A stretch of DNA of 63,922 nucleotides, counting the filler, from Piptocephalis cylindrospora (taxonomy: Eukaryota): the NCBI GenBank assembly GCA_003614145.1. It is 19 parts of 19 records of this genome, joined end to end, with 100 filler letters (N's around TTAATTAATTAA, not from the genome) between each part and the next. Parts side by side here need not be neighbours in the genome. Positions count along the whole stretch, not along the records: positions 13,847 to 17,190 come from KZ988702.1; positions 17,291 to 20,621 come from KZ988703.1; positions 20,722 to 24,025 come from KZ988704.1; positions 24,126 to 27,416 come from KZ988705.1; 15 more parts are not named here. One strand, 5' to 3'. Positions 14,007 through 26,345 of the stretch are shown here, one piece after another; positions within the stretch are counted from its first letter, which is position 1, and each line of letters starts with the position of its first letter. The notes under the pieces are model-generated. The model ran no database searches, was not told the origin of the DNA, and saw only the letters and a program-made list of their open reading frames with translations. The position numbers and the translations under genes are program-made.

Positions 14007-14477
14007 ATGTACACGTCTTACTCCTTTACCCATGAGCCGCTCTCCTTGGAAGCCCTGGTAAGCAAGGTGGAGTCTAAGCAGGCTGGGGCCATCTCCACAT
14101 TTATCGGTACCACCCGGGACACCTATCAAGGAAAGAAGGTTTTACGTCTAGAGTATCAAGCGTATGAAGACATGGCCCTTCATGAATTCGAACAGCTGGG
14201 CAAGAAAGCATCCCGTCGATGGTCAGAACCCCCTTTACTTGCCCTGGCCATCATTCACCGATTGGGTCTCGTACTCCCCGGAGAAGCCAGTGTGATGATT
14301 GCCGTGGCTTCGGCCCACCGTCGAGAGTCTCTTGAGGCTGTGCAGTACCTGATTGATGCGCTCAAGAACACAATCCCCATATGGAAGCGGGAGGTTCTTG
14401 AGGGGGAGGGCGGTTCAGAGGAAGCTGTATGGAGGGCCAATGCTCATCCTACTGGCAATGAGAAAGGGTCCGAGTAA
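14007..14477 (+). CDS. MOCS2: Molybdopterin synthase catalytic (large) subunit, MoaE/MOCS2B family
   Basis: GAISTFIGTTRD, LEYQAY, HRLG, SAHR, LKNTIPIWKRE. Confidence 0.95.
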   Translation: MYTSYSFTHEPLSLEALVSKVESKQAGAISTFIGTTRDTYQGKKVLRLEYQAYEDMALHEFEQLGKKASRRWSEPPLLALAIIHRLGLVLPGEASVMIAVASAHRRESLEAVQYLIDALKNTIPIWKREVLEGEGGSEEAVWRANAHPTGNEKGSE

Positions 14478-14704
14478 AAGGCTGTATTGAAAGGCAAGAG
14501 GAAATTTGTGTCTTGAGAATCCCTTGTGGATGTAGATCGGAAGGGATGGGGAAGAAATACGAGCCTACTTATCACGGTCATCCCACATACCACGACATGT
14601 CTTGATAGGCAATAATGGGATAGAGTGGTATAATTCTTTGCAGGCACTATTCCTCTCTCCCTCTCGTACCATCCAGCCTCATCCTACAGATCCAAACACA
14701 CACA

Positions 14705-16674
14705 TCACAATCCAAGGTCCTTCTCAATCATCCGAGTGGCAATGGGATGGTAAGAAGATCGATGCTCCTTAAAGACCCGCTTGGCCAGGGAGGAATCGCA
14801 CTGATTCAGGGCGCGGTAGAGAGGCCGAACATACTTCATCCTTCCTTGCTCTCCGAGGAATTTTTCCACTGGGCCATAAATGGGCTCGTAAGAGGCCTTG
14901 AGTCCAAGTATCTGCCAAGAAAACCGCACTTCACAGTTCCTGACCCCGGTCAGACCATACAGCTCCTCCATCAATGAGATCTTGGCATGGGCCAGTGGCT
15001 TCTCTTGGGAGGAAAGGTGATCCAGGAAGAGAACCTTTTGGTTGGAGTTGAACCCATCTAGATCCCTTGAAGAGAAATCCAGGGACTCCCCATCCTCCTT
15101 TTCCCAGCGTCTGGCCAAGGCCCTGGCCTTTTCCGCCAGTGTAGGGTCAAACTTGTTCTCGACAGGAGGCTATTGGATAAGGGCGGGTAGGAAATTAGAT
15201 GAATTCAATGTTCTCCATGTACCACCAGGGATCCCTTATCCTTTCTTACCATGCCAGGGGCCTTGAGCCACTTGGCCCAGTCTACCTGGTCAAGCAGAAC
15301 AACCCGTTCCTTGCCCCCTTCTGTGGCAGCAAAGTACTTGTAGAGAAAGTCCTTCCATTGAGATGTCTGGATGGACTTGCCCTGGAATTCCTGGACATGA
15401 GCACGCATGTAAGGTTCAAAGACTTTGGGACCACCAAGAAGGGTCTCAAGGTAGTAGAGAAGATGAAAGCCCTTTTCATAGGGGATACTGCTAAAGGCAT
15501 CATCCGGATCCATTCCCTGCAGATCGGGGACCAGAGCGGTCAGGGGGTTGGTGGGGCCAAAGTGCTGGATGGACTCCCGGAGAGCGGAGAGGCCAAGGAT
15601 GGCGGAGAATTGGCGCTCGGGCTCCCCGTGCAACCGACCCATGATCTTGCGCTCGACAAAGACAGTCCAACCTTCATTGAGCCAAAAGTGCTCCCAATTC
15701 TGTGTGGTCACCAGGTTTCCCGTCCAGCTGTGGGCAATCTCATGGGCCACGACATCCACGAGGGTTCGGTCTCCGGCCAGGAGGGTGGGAGTGACAAAGG
15801 TGAGGCAGGGGTTTTCCATTCCGCCGTATGGGAAGGAGCTGGGAAGGACAAGAAGATCGTACCTCCCCCACTCATACGGGGTGAGGAGGTCCTCGCCAGT
15901 GGCCAAGAACTTTTCCGTCTCTTGGAATTCCCATTCAGCCTCGGCTACAACTTCAGGCTCACTCCACACGGTGGTCCGTGGACCAACTTCCCGACCCTCA
16001 AGGTTCCCCACGACCATGGCGATAAGGTAAGAGGGCATACGTGTGGGCTGATCAAAGGCGTAGGTGACCCATCCATCAGGGTTGGTCTTGGCCGGGGCGG
16101 ATCCCTTGCCCAGGGCACTCATCAATACCCGAAGGGGGGAGGGGGCGGTGATGGAGGCCGAGTAGGTCAGCTTGACCGCAGGGCTATCCTGGCACGGGAC
16201 CAGGGACCGAGCATGGATGGCTTGGCACTGGGTAAAAAGGTAAGGGTGGGTCTTGCCCACGGTCTGAGCTGGGTCGAGCCACTGGATGGCCGGGGAAGCC
16301 TCAGTAGTCTGATAGTGCACCACCACCTCGACCTCCTCGCCCTCCTTGGTCAGTGGGTCGGCCAAGGGGATATGCAGGGCGGAGCCAAAGGCCTGGGAGG
16401 GCTCGTGCAGCTTGAAGGGCGTATCCTTCCCTCGGACCTCCACTCGGTTCACGAGGAGAGCCCGGGTGTCCAAGGTAATCTGGCGAACCGGAGTACGCAG
16501 AGCCTGGAGTTGAAGGCGGACCGAGCCCGATAGGGCCTTTTGGGTAAAGTCAACCTTAAGGTCCAGATGAAGATGACGCGTCTGAACCTCCTCGACATTG
16601 GCGTACGTGGCAGGGTCCAGTGAGGATGTGGAGAGGGCGGCGGCGAACGAGGCCATGTGGGAGCAAGAGGCCAT
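14705..16674 (-). CDS. LAP2: Leukotriene A4 hydrolase-like M1 aminopeptidase, 2 exons
   Basis: FTQCQAIHAR, PYGGMEN, HEIAHSW...LNEG, PYEKG, QGRMKYVRPLY. Intron 15249-15170 gives PGM|PPV. Start at 16674 or 16656. Confidence 0.95.
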
Positions 16675-18013
16675 TTGGATTTTGTTGGGATTTGAGTGGC
16701 TAGGGACCTTGAGGGCTGGATGGACAGTGGCGGTGGTGGGGGAGGCAAGGGTGGGAAGACAGGGGCAAAGGAAGTGACGAAAGGATTGGCGGAGGTGGGA
16801 AACTCGAGGGAAGCGAAGACCCATATTTATAGATGCCTGTCGCTGACGTGTGTGACGAACGCGTCTTCGGGAAGAGGGAGGGGAAGAGAGGAAAGAGGGG
16901 GGAGGGGTGGCTGAGAGCGAGTAGGAGTGTGGGGTGGGCGAGAGAGTAGTTTTTCGCGAGGCGATGTGTATGAAGGAGGATGCCAAAGCACACGGGCTTT
17001 CAGTATGGGCCTCTCATAGGAGGATGAGAGAGGGGACGGAGTGATGACCTCGAGACACGGGGCTATTCACTTGCATACTGCAAGCTTGTCACATTAGATA
17101 TCTGAGGGGAGTTGCCAGTAAGACGGTCAAGTAGAGAGGAGCGGCACGGCCCATCCGAGATTCCCAGGCTTACCAGGAATAGATCATCCGNNNNNNNNNN
17201 NNNNNNNNNNNNNNNNNNNNNNNNNNNNNNNNNNTTAATTAATTAANNNNNNNNNNNNNNNNNNNNNNNNNNNNNNNNNNNNNNNNNNNNGGTACACAGG
17301 TTTTTGGGGAATGGGACGGAGGGCCAACAACGTTCAAGAGGCCAATGACAACCGGAAAGAGTGATGAGGCGAAGGTGAAGCAGACCTTGGAACACGATCA
17401 ATAGACCCTGATCGAGAGAGGCTAGGCAGGGATGACGGGGTAGAGGTTGAAAAGAGGGAGGTGGATGATGACAAGATGCCTAGTATCAATAGGAGCAAGG
17501 TCAACACAATGTAGATACGACGGGACAAACAAGGGAGGGAGAGGAACGGGATGCCGAGTCTGGGAGGGGGAGGGAGAGACCTTGTGCAAGGTGGGAACGA
17601 GGAGAGAGAGGGGAGGGAAGGAGAGGTGGATGCGGAGAAAGAGAGGAGGGAGAGGCCCTGGTCCGCACACGCAAGGTGACCTTTCTTATGTATGCCCTTG
17701 GGACTGGGGAGGAAGGCTGTGTCGTGAGAGGTGGTGGTCTCGCCAGGTTTCGCGCCCGCTCACAGAGGCTTGCTAACGAAGAGAGGGTGGGGGAGGAGGA
17801 GCTTGGATGAGACCTAGAGGGACGATGTGCATCTGCGGTAAAAGGACATTCTCCCGCGCTTAGACGTGGCGGAAGGACCAGGGATAGGTAGACTGGTGGT
17901 AAGGTGAGCAGCAGGACAGGTAAGCTTCATACTACCAGAGAGAAGTTGGTGTAGCCCAAGGATACAACTACGGATGATTAGCAGCAGTGTCAGACTAAGT
18001 AAATGCAGATAGT

Positions 18014-18217
18014 TCAAGACATGTGAAGAAATGGTTTGATTGAACCGCCATTTTTATTAAATTGAATCGAACTGGCTTTTATTATATTCCATTCGTATTC
18101 TATCCCTGCTGGAGATACACCATCTTGATGGGATGCTATGTTGGAAGGGGCTGATCGATCAGAGAAACCCACCCACACCAGAATAAGGAATAACAGTAGG
18201 ATGGAGCTTGCCCTCAT
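18014..18217 (-). CDS. Possible small secreted protein or gene relic
   Basis: ATG followed by a signal-peptide-like MRASSILLLFLILVWVGFS; no recognisable domain. Confidence 0.25.
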   Translation of the reverse strand: MRASSILLLFLILVWVGFSDRSAPSNIASHQDGVSPAGIEYEWNIIKASSIQFNKNGGSIKPFLHMS

Positions 18218-18292
18218 AAACTCAGCGCTGGAAATGGTGTTTGAAAAAGGATAAATGATCCCTTATATGCTAGACAAGACACACACACTCAC

Positions 18293-19126
18293 TCACACAT
18301 TATCCGCCCGATTACTCGTATTATACGCGCTCTTATCTCTGCGGAACAGACCCTTGAAGAAGGAGAACTGAACGATCATACCAAGGACAGCAGTGATAGC
18401 TAGACCGGCGATCATACCATAGGTTCTCCCGGAGGCGCTGTAACTCCCGGTCGAGCTAAGAGCCTGGGTGACAATATCAGAGAAACCTGCATGGGCGAAA
18501 AAGTCCACGCCTAGAATAAAGAGAAACGCTCCGATGATGGCGGTGGAGATGATGACGACAGGTCGTTCAAATTTAAAGATGAGGAAACTACATATGATGG
18601 AGAGAAGGACGATAAAGATGCCACGGAAGAGAGGTTCGGGGATCAGGCCATTGGGGGCAAGAGAGAGGATGAACATGGCGAGGAAAAATCCACCAAGGAG
18701 CCCCACAAGGAAGAGGGCTACCCTCCAGAAGATGGCCATGAGGATCCCGCCGATTAGACCCAGAACAATGATGAGGACCAGGTAAATGACCCGCTTGGTC
18801 GTGTCCTCGGGAGTGATAGGTGACACATTGATGCAGACAATGTATGTGACCAAACCAAAGGCGATGAAGCCCACGAGAAAAAGGATGGGGCGGAAGAAGC
18901 GGAATCCGAAAAAGGCCAAAAATAGCCCTACGATGATGCAGGCAATTCCGGCAATGATGTTCACCGCAGGTACAGGCCCTCCATCAGCGGCTACGGGAGA
19001 AACACAGGTGGTGGTGAGGAGGAGGACAATGAGGAAGAAGAGGTGCTGGAGGAGGGATTGAAAGGAACGAAGCGCTGCGGAAGCCGGACTCAGCCGAGGC
19101 ATGGTAGAAGGGGGCGAAAGGGGCAT
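18293..19126 (-). CDS. Multi-pass membrane protein, DUF4203/TMEM198-like
   Basis: Signal-like segment then about 7 TM helices; GLFLAFFGFRFFRP, GLLGGFFLA, STAIIGAFLFILGVDFF. Confidence 0.8.
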   Translation of the reverse strand: MPLSPPSTMPRLSPASAALRSFQSLLQHLFFLIVLLLTTTCVSPVAADGGPVPAVNIIAGIACIIVGLFLAFFGFRFFRPILFLVGFIAFGLVTYIVCINVSPITPEDTTKRVIYLVLIIVLGLIGGILMAIFWRVALFLVGLLGGFFLAMFILSLAPNGLIPEPLFRGIFIVLLSIICSFLIFKFERPVVIISTAIIGAFLFILGVDFFAHAGFSDIVTQALSSTGSYSASGRTYGMIAGLAITAVLGMIVQFSFFKGLFRRDKSAYNTSNRADNV

Positions 19127-20449
19127 ATAGACAGGCTGGATAAGAGAAAGGGTGGATGAGGGGGGAAGGGGAGGAGGGGAGGGGGAGGGGGAAGGGGAGA
19201 AGACGGGAAATGAGAGCTCGTGGGACGTATCGTAAAGGAATTCGTTCTTAATTTATACCAGAAAAAGCATGACCTGATGGTTCAGTCAGGGTTCAGAGAT
19301 GGAAAGGCGTGTGTATGAGAGAGGGTAGATGAATAGGGAGAGAGGGATCATGCAGTATGGGAGGGAAGGGGATACTAGCTATAGACACCCTATCGCCATC
19401 ATCATCGAATGGGCAAGTGTGGCGGTCTCTGAAATAGAGTATAGTATGAGGGCTGTCGGAGTGGACACGCCAACAGATGGACACGCCAATCATGGGAATG
19501 TATGCATAGAGATGGGTCAAGGATGAGATCGTGGGGAATGGGAGCGGGAGTGGGAAGAGCAAGGGGGAACCAAGATTTCCTCCCTCATTGTAGCCAGGAG
19601 TCACAAGAGAGACACACCAAGGTCACCTTTATCGCGACCAGGAGTGACGAAGGGGATGCAGGCACAGAGTCGGCTGATACCAACTGTGTCTTGGCGCTCG
19701 CAAATAGAGTCTAGCCATGCAGGTAAATTGGGCACTTGTACCAACACGGTTTCCCTTATGTCACTACTAGAATAATCCAACCTTGCATGGCCAGACCTAC
19801 ACCCCGTGATGTACCCCCGACCTGACCTGGTGGTGGGGGCAGAACATATCAAGGACCTCAAAGGGGCAGACCCTTGATCCTATACATAGAAATAAAGGGC
19901 GTCCACAGTGGGGTGGATGGAGTGTGAGATGTTGTGCTGCATGTGCCCTCTCCTCCTCGATAACGGGGCACAGCGGATGAGGCTAGTTGAGCAAAGGTCC
20001 GATGGGGCGTGGATATGATCCGATCTTTTCTTAGCACAAGAATACACAGCTACCCATCGAGTCTAGATATTATTAGCCTACCCCGAAAGGGAGCTGTAGT
20101 CGAAAATCCGAAAGTATGTCATGGTAGACGAGGATCTTATGGCATTGGTCATTCCAAACGGATGAATAAATGGTTTCTCCATCCCAAACCTCGTCATTTT
20201 CCCAGTTGATCCCTACACCGCCTTTTCTCCTCGCCTCTCCCCTCTTACCCTATGTCCAGACATATTATAATAACTTTATGGAAAGTAAAAAGGAAGGGTA
20301 TATGCATTGAAAGATCACTAGGAGAGATACTATGTAAGAGATACTGCAAGAGAAAAAAAAGTGCAGCGACAGGCAAGAGACATAGTTAAGAAAGACACAG
20401 AAAGAGCCAAAGAGGCATCTCCAACCGCCATTCGCATTTTCCTTCCTCA

Positions 20450-20505
20450 CTACTGAGAATCAAAAGCTTGAAGATCAGCAAAGTGGGGATCAGTAGCAAG
20501 AAGAT
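20450..20505 (-). CDS. Possible terminal exon of a gene cut by the contig end
   Basis: Pyrimidine tract and TGTAG acceptor, then (D)LLATDPHFADLQAFDSQ-stop. Confidence 0.3.
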
Positions 20506-20742
20506 CTACAGAGGGGAAGGAAGAGCAAAGGAGAGACCAATCAACAAGGTAAGCATATGGAAGGAGGAGGGGGTGGGAAGCGAGGGAACAGCGAATGAAG
20601 AGGCCGAATCCTGGTCTTTACNNNNNNNNNNNNNNNNNNNNNNNNNNNNNNNNNNNNNNNNNNNNTTAATTAATTAANNNNNNNNNNNNNNNNNNNNNNN
20701 NNNNNNNNNNNNNNNNNNNNNCACTTTGTCTCGGAGTACATC

Positions 20743-21897
20743 ATGCCTGGGCTACCCAACCTACCTGATCCTCCCTCCAACTGGAATAGCTCCCTTTCAG
20801 ATCGGCGCCGTGAAACATCCAGAGTTCTCACGGCCACCGACTCCCATTCGGGGCTTTTTCAGTCCCCTGAGGAGAGGGGAGATATGCTATCATCGGATGA
20901 TGATGAAGATGTGTGCCATTATTTGTTCGGATCAGCGTGGAGGGAGGATGATGGTGAAGAGGAGGAGGAAGAGGAGGAGGAGGAGGAGGAGGGTCAACTA
21001 GATCCTCAGACAACCAATACTCCTTGGAATGAATCCCCCTTCATTTTAGGGACTGAGGAGCAGGGCAACGGTGCGTCGGCCGAACCGACCATTGGGTGGG
21101 AGAGATATCTTGGTGAGGATCCAGATCATCATTATCCATATTGGCAGAACCTCCCTGGAGCCCTATCCCCGGATGAGGTAAGAAGGATAGAGCAGACGGG
21201 CCATTCTCTTCCACCTGACGAGCCACTCATGAATTTCCAGCGTGAGCATGCTACTGATGAGGAAGAAGGAGAGGAGAGTAGGAGGACAATCACCACCCAT
21301 CATCGGGGATCCCTTATACCCCTGGATGTTCTGAATAGTTTACAAAATATGGGACGGATTGGCGATGAGGACGAAGAGGAAGAGGAGGATGTATCTGTAC
21401 GGAATCATCATCGTACACGATCAGTAAGTGATGAGAGCAGTACAAGATCCCGATCCAGCTCGGGAGCCCCCTTGACCCGCCGACCCAGAGTCCGGTCCTT
21501 TCACTTTGACGACTCCAACCTCCTTGATGGCCGTGACCATGGAGATGAGGACAATGATGATGATGGAGAGAGGGGGGAGCAAAGGGAGCAAAGACAGCTC
21601 CTTTACAACCTCCTCACCCTATCCACTTTACTCGACATGGAAGGCCCAGTAGGGGGAGATGGAGAGGAGATGTCCATTGATCCTTGGGTCCTCACCTCTG
21701 GGGCTAATGCTCGAAGACGTCGGGGAAGAGGGTATTGGAGACGTGCATCTCCTGAGCACGATTCCGAAGAGGACTCATCTCAGCCTAAGGATCAGAGTAA
21801 TACGGGGAATGGACAGGGAATGACCTCCAAAGAGAAGCGTGAGTGGGAGTACCGCCGAAGAAGGGGTCTTCTCCCTCTGGATGACCGGATACGATAA
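20743..21897 (+). CDS. Acidic low-complexity hypothetical protein (possibly 5'-partial)
   Basis: 384-codon open frame with E/D tracts; no domain recognised. Confidence 0.6.
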   Translation: MPGLPNLPDPPSNWNSSLSDRRRETSRVLTATDSHSGLFQSPEERGDMLSSDDDEDVCHYLFGSAWREDDGEEEEEEEEEEEEGQLDPQTTNTPWNESPFILGTEEQGNGASAEPTIGWERYLGEDPDHHYPYWQNLPGALSPDEVRRIEQTGHSLPPDEPLMNFQREHATDEEEGEESRRTITTHHRGSLIPLDVLNSLQNMGRIGDEDEEEEEDVSVRNHHRTRSVSDESSTRSRSSSGAPLTRRPRVRSFHFDDSNLLDGRDHGDEDNDDDGERGEQREQRQLLYNLLTLSTLLDMEGPVGGDGEEMSIDPWVLTSGANARRRRGRGYWRRASPEHDSEEDSSQPKDQSNTGNGQGMTSKEKREWEYRRRRGLLPLDDRIR

Positions 21898-22080
21898 GGA
21901 GGGTAGAAGAAATACCGGATACTGCCACCTATCCCTTCTTCCTCCTCTACTGTGGAACATTGTGAATTTCATGTACTGCTGAGAGCCTGTTATCTCTCAA
22001 CGAGAAGATCAAAGGGGAGGGGAAATACAATATGGCTCACTGAAGTGCACCCAGAATGGCCAATCCGGCCGGCAATCTAT

Positions 22081-23016
22081 TTACTTTTCTCTCTTCTCAG
22101 TTACATTCCCCGGGGTCCAAGCGCCCGGAGTGAAGGTCTCTCCTTGGCCTGTGGGGTAATGAACCGATGGGGCCACTGCATGGGGCAAAAGGAAATGAGT
22201 GGACATAGTCATTGATGATGATGATGTTACTGTTGTTAATGACACTTACCGCCACGCTTTTTCACAGGTTTGGCCTTTTCCTTGGGTGTGTCCTGGGTGG
22301 AAGATGCCAATGGCACCTTTCTTGGCTCTAGAGAGGGACGGATGGATAAGGGTCATTCTTCCTTCGTAGAAAAGTTACCAAGAGATACTGCTGTTACTGA
22401 CCTGGAACACTGACGCGCGAAACAGCACTGGCTGTTCTGGCCTCTTCTAGCGCCATTCTCTCCTACATAAAATCAAATCAGATGGAGTCAGTCAAGAGCC
22501 AAAAAAATATCCTTCCCATCCTATTCGATCCTTACCTCTTGCCACTGCTGATCCAATTTCATGGCACGAGCAACCGTACGGAGACGATAGGCTTCATCCG
22601 CTTGAATGTCCTATGAGAGAAAGGTAAGTGACGGGGATACAATTTGCCACGATCTTTGTCCGATACAAACCTCTTCAGTAGGAGGTTGAGGGCGACGATG
22701 TCGAAGCCAGGATTGCCATTGCACTGGGATATGGGTTTCCTCAAAGAGATCCATGGTTTTCATCGCAGGCTGCACCCATCGACGAACGGGTCGGCCAGCT
22801 AAAGAGGAGAGAGAGAAGGAGGATTAATACATCTCTGCCAACAAGTACGATCTATCACTTACGGAAGGTTGGCTGCTTTTGCTCATAGTACTCATTTCCT
22901 CGAACGTCCAAGCCAATAAACCATGCCTTTCTCCACGGGAGAGGCAAGCGTTTCCAGTTCAAACGCAATGCACTCCAAAGGGAGCCTGGTCGAGTTCGAG
23001 TCACTGTCTGCGACAT
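22081..23016 (-). CDS. NDUFAF2: Complex I assembly factor NDUFAF2/NDUFA12 family, 6 exons (not in ORF track)
   Basis: Spliced translation MSQTVTR...LPWRKAWFIGLDVRGNEYYE...RRWV...IPVQWQSWLRHRRPQPPTEEDIQAD...GQGETFTPGAWTP; five GT-AG introns keep the frame. Confidence 0.85.
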
Positions 23017-24125
23017 TGTAAGGAAGAGCGGGATGGGAAGGTTGATATGGATAACAAGGAAGGAAGGTATATACCACGTAGGAACGATTTAAAGGTCTCC
23101 AATCTTTAGGCGATATGATAATGCCGTTTGAAGGAAACAGTGTTGTTAAAATTTGATAAACTATGGAAAGCCCTGTCACTGTTGGGTTGGTTGTGCTAGG
23201 AAAGACAAACTTGATGCGCCAGGCACGGATATCTAAACAGTGGAAGGATCAAGTATGCATAATAATAGATTCGTGGCCATCCTTTGATGGTTTAGGAGCG
23301 TAAAATTTCCTTAGGGCCATTAGGATTCATCCTATTGTGCAATCCCCATCTTTATGACGCTCGGTGGAGAACAATTCCTTGTATGGATCGGCTGAGATAC
23401 CAAGGCGTACAGTAGAGCCCAAGCATGGATGGAAAGGCTAAAAACCATCGTCAAGACATAAATCAACTGAGGTATCCCTCAGGATGCATAAAATGTGACA
23501 ATAAATAGCCCGTGTTATATTCCCTCGATAGGGCGCGTTCATCAAAATATTAAATAGTGTCCAACTTTCTAAAGACAATGTATTCATAAAGGGTGGTTAA
23601 TGTGAATCTGCAGTAGTTAGTTAACCTAGTGTGGAGGCACCAAAAAATATATGATTTTCCTACAAGGATGGTTAATGTGCCGAAACACTTGGTTCCCTCT
23701 TTCGGATTGACCTAAATACAGAGGGCCGAGTAGTGATAATTTCGAAAAAGATTAAGCTAGCCAACAGCCCCTGATCAGTTCAAGTGGCGATAGATCAGTC
23801 CTGCAACGACACAGTCATTCGGACATGCGCCATCATGCAAATTCCTTCTCCGATTCATTCATCCTCTGTGTAGTAATGTGCCTGGATGAAGCGTGCCGCG
23901 TCACGGTGCTCCCACGCAACGGAATACATACTAATTACATCTCCATCTTTCCATTTGCTTTTGAAATTCTACTCAACAGCGCCCCCATAAGCATGCGTCA
24001 TTCCACTTTTGATTCACATTAACCTNNNNNNNNNNNNNNNNNNNNNNNNNNNNNNNNNNNNNNNNNNNNTTAATTAATTAANNNNNNNNNNNNNNNNNNN
24101 NNNNNNNNNNNNNNNNNNNNNNNNN

Positions 24126-24578
24126 ACAAGACAAGAGCAAGAGGATCAACTTACCAGATCGAGAGAGATATGGATTGAATTGGGCAGGGTTGGATGTGGC
24201 TACGGGAGCAAGGGAGGTGGTAATGGATCCACTATCCTCGCCGCTGGAAGCGGCCAAGGGGTGATCCAGCAAGGCAGGGGAAAGAGGGCCTGACCTAAGG
24301 GATTCAGGGGAAAGGGCCGTGGAGGGAGGGGGGTGGGAGTGATTGGCGAGTGAGGGTAGCCTAAAGGAGCCTGAGGAGGAGGAGTGGGGTGGAGAGGAGG
24401 GAGCCTTTGGGGAGACAATGCGGCCATGTTCCGCCGAGGAAGCCCCATTACCGGACCCAGCATCCCGATTATCCATGGATGAGGAGGAGGAGGCTGGATC
24501 ATCTGAGTGAGGCTTTCCTGAGTTGGGTGGGGTGTGAGAGACGGCGGCAAAGGAGGCCTCGAATGGATTGGGTTCCAT
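24126..24578 (-). CDS. atf1: Atf1/Sko1-like bZIP transcription factor, N-terminal part
   Basis: EPNPFEASF (Aft1_OSA-type motif) and LRSGPLSPALL. An intron donor lies near 24154; the bZIP is beyond the contig. Confidence 0.72.
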
Positions 24579-25441
24579 GGTCTGAGAGAGATAATGTGAG
24601 GGAATAGAATCTTCTGAGAAGTCTGAGGGAGTCAGTTGAGGAAGAAGGAAAAGAATGGCTCAGTCGACCAGGAACGAGCAAAGGAGGGATATGTGGCTGT
24701 GATAAGGGCTCGAGGATGGCAGGAAGGAAGGCCAATATCCAGGGATGACGGAGATGTGGACAAGAGTAGAAAGGTAAGGTTGACTAGGGAAACAAGTCAA
24801 ATGGGATGGGATGAGATAAGAAGAGAATAACCGAGTGAGGATGGGAAGAAGAAGAGAAGGGGAGAGAAGAGCAGGAGCGGATTTAACCAAACGGATCATC
24901 TCGTCACCGATGATGTAGTTACTGAGAGGAGTGTGCCGATTTGGACCAAAGTAGGTGAAAGTGAAAGTGTGTGTGCGTGTGTGCGTGTAGTGTGTGGCCA
25001 TTGTGCTTGTGAGGCGGGGGAGAGCTGTCCTGCCCTCTCTGCCTCTCCCACACCTAGAGCGCCATATGAGGAGAGCGCAGGACTGAAGATGGTGTCAGGT
25101 TTGGGCGTCTGTGTCTCTGTGCTGTCTATATCTGTGTCTCTCTCTCTACGTGTGGAGGAGGGGATCTAAGCGCTGACTAGCTACTGCTACTGCCACTACC
25201 ATTATGGGCGATGAGATGGAGCAAAAAAAAAGAGCATGAAAAAGGCGATTTTGGTTGGTGGGCCATTCTCCCCTTGATCCAACTCTGTCTGGGGTGCCAC
25301 ACACATTCATACACTGTGGGAGAGAAGGAGGGGGGAAGTTGCTCATCCCCTCTCCCCTTGCGCGCAGGACATCTCCCCCCCTCTCCGCCATACATACTGG
25401 GCGAACGGGCAAGGGAGACCGACGATTGGTCTGGATGTGCA

Positions 25442-25449
25442 TGACGTCA
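25442..25449. promoter_or_regulatory. Palindromic CRE (ATF/CREB site)
   Basis: aTGACGTCAa, about 860 nt upstream of the atf1-like ATG. Confidence 0.45.
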
Positions 25450-26345
25450 AATGAAGACAGTACTGAGATGATTTACCTTTATGGGGCGGGGGGTATTGGC
25501 GAGGTATACACACATACATATTGGCAAATGTGGCGGCAGTGTCCGTCTCGTGTGTATGAAATTTAGATCAATAAAGTGAAATTTAGATGATAAATTTGGG
25601 GAATGCAATCCATGTGGCTAATGGGCCAAGGTTTCGTGTGTGTGCCCAAGGGAGGGAGGGTGAGTAGAGAGGTCTTGGGTGAGGAGGAGGAAGGTCCAGG
25701 AGCTATTTAGTCTCCGCGCTCAATTGCTCGCCCCTTGTGTCATGTTGAGAGTATGGGACCAAGATGGTGGTTATAGATCTGACCCATTATCCATCTGTCT
25801 CGACCTGAAGATCGTCTATCCCTCCCCCTATCTCCCTTGGTCTGAGGATCATATATCCCTCCCCATATCTACCTCACATAGAATAGGTGGGGTGGATTGA
25901 TCCTTGAACCACGTCGCAAAAGAAAGAAGAAACGCCGAACTTCACCCATCCCGTCCTTCATCACATGGCCCAGGTGCGGCTCAGACATAAAGAGTCTATT
26001 CCCCACCCTCCTCCTCTCTCCATTGTGCTTTCATGGTAGCTATCTACAGTTCAGAACTAGGTAATTCACGTGGGCCCAACCCAGTCTTTTGGTGGCGGGG
26101 CGAGGCAAGTGTTTTGAAAAGCACTCAAAGATCAGCGGGCTTTGGATTTGGCGGTGAGTCAGTCGGAGTAAGTGATGATGATGAGGAGGAGGGACGAGGG
26201 AGGCCATGAAGGCTGGCCTAACCTATCCTAAATCACACTTCCACACACCCCTGCCCAGCTGTTAGATACCCCACCTTTCCTTCTTACCTTATCCCATCCT
26301 GCCCCTTCCCTTCCCTTCCCCTCCCCTCCCATACCATCCCGTCTC

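Noticed and set aside
16675..16986. N-terminal extension of LTA4H (MGLRFPRVSHLRQSFR...) as a mitochondrial presequence
   Set aside because: That ATG (16824) overlaps a TATAAATA box, so it is probably upstream of the transcript start. Not excluded without TSS data.
17334..17528. Signal-peptide-like ORF SRRIYIVLTLLLL
   Set aside because: Starts at TTG with no in-frame ATG seen; looks like a pyrimidine-rich leader of a gene beyond the contig.
23100..24025. AT-richer stretch as foreign DNA or a transposon relic
   Set aside because: No terminal repeats or recognisable coding motifs.
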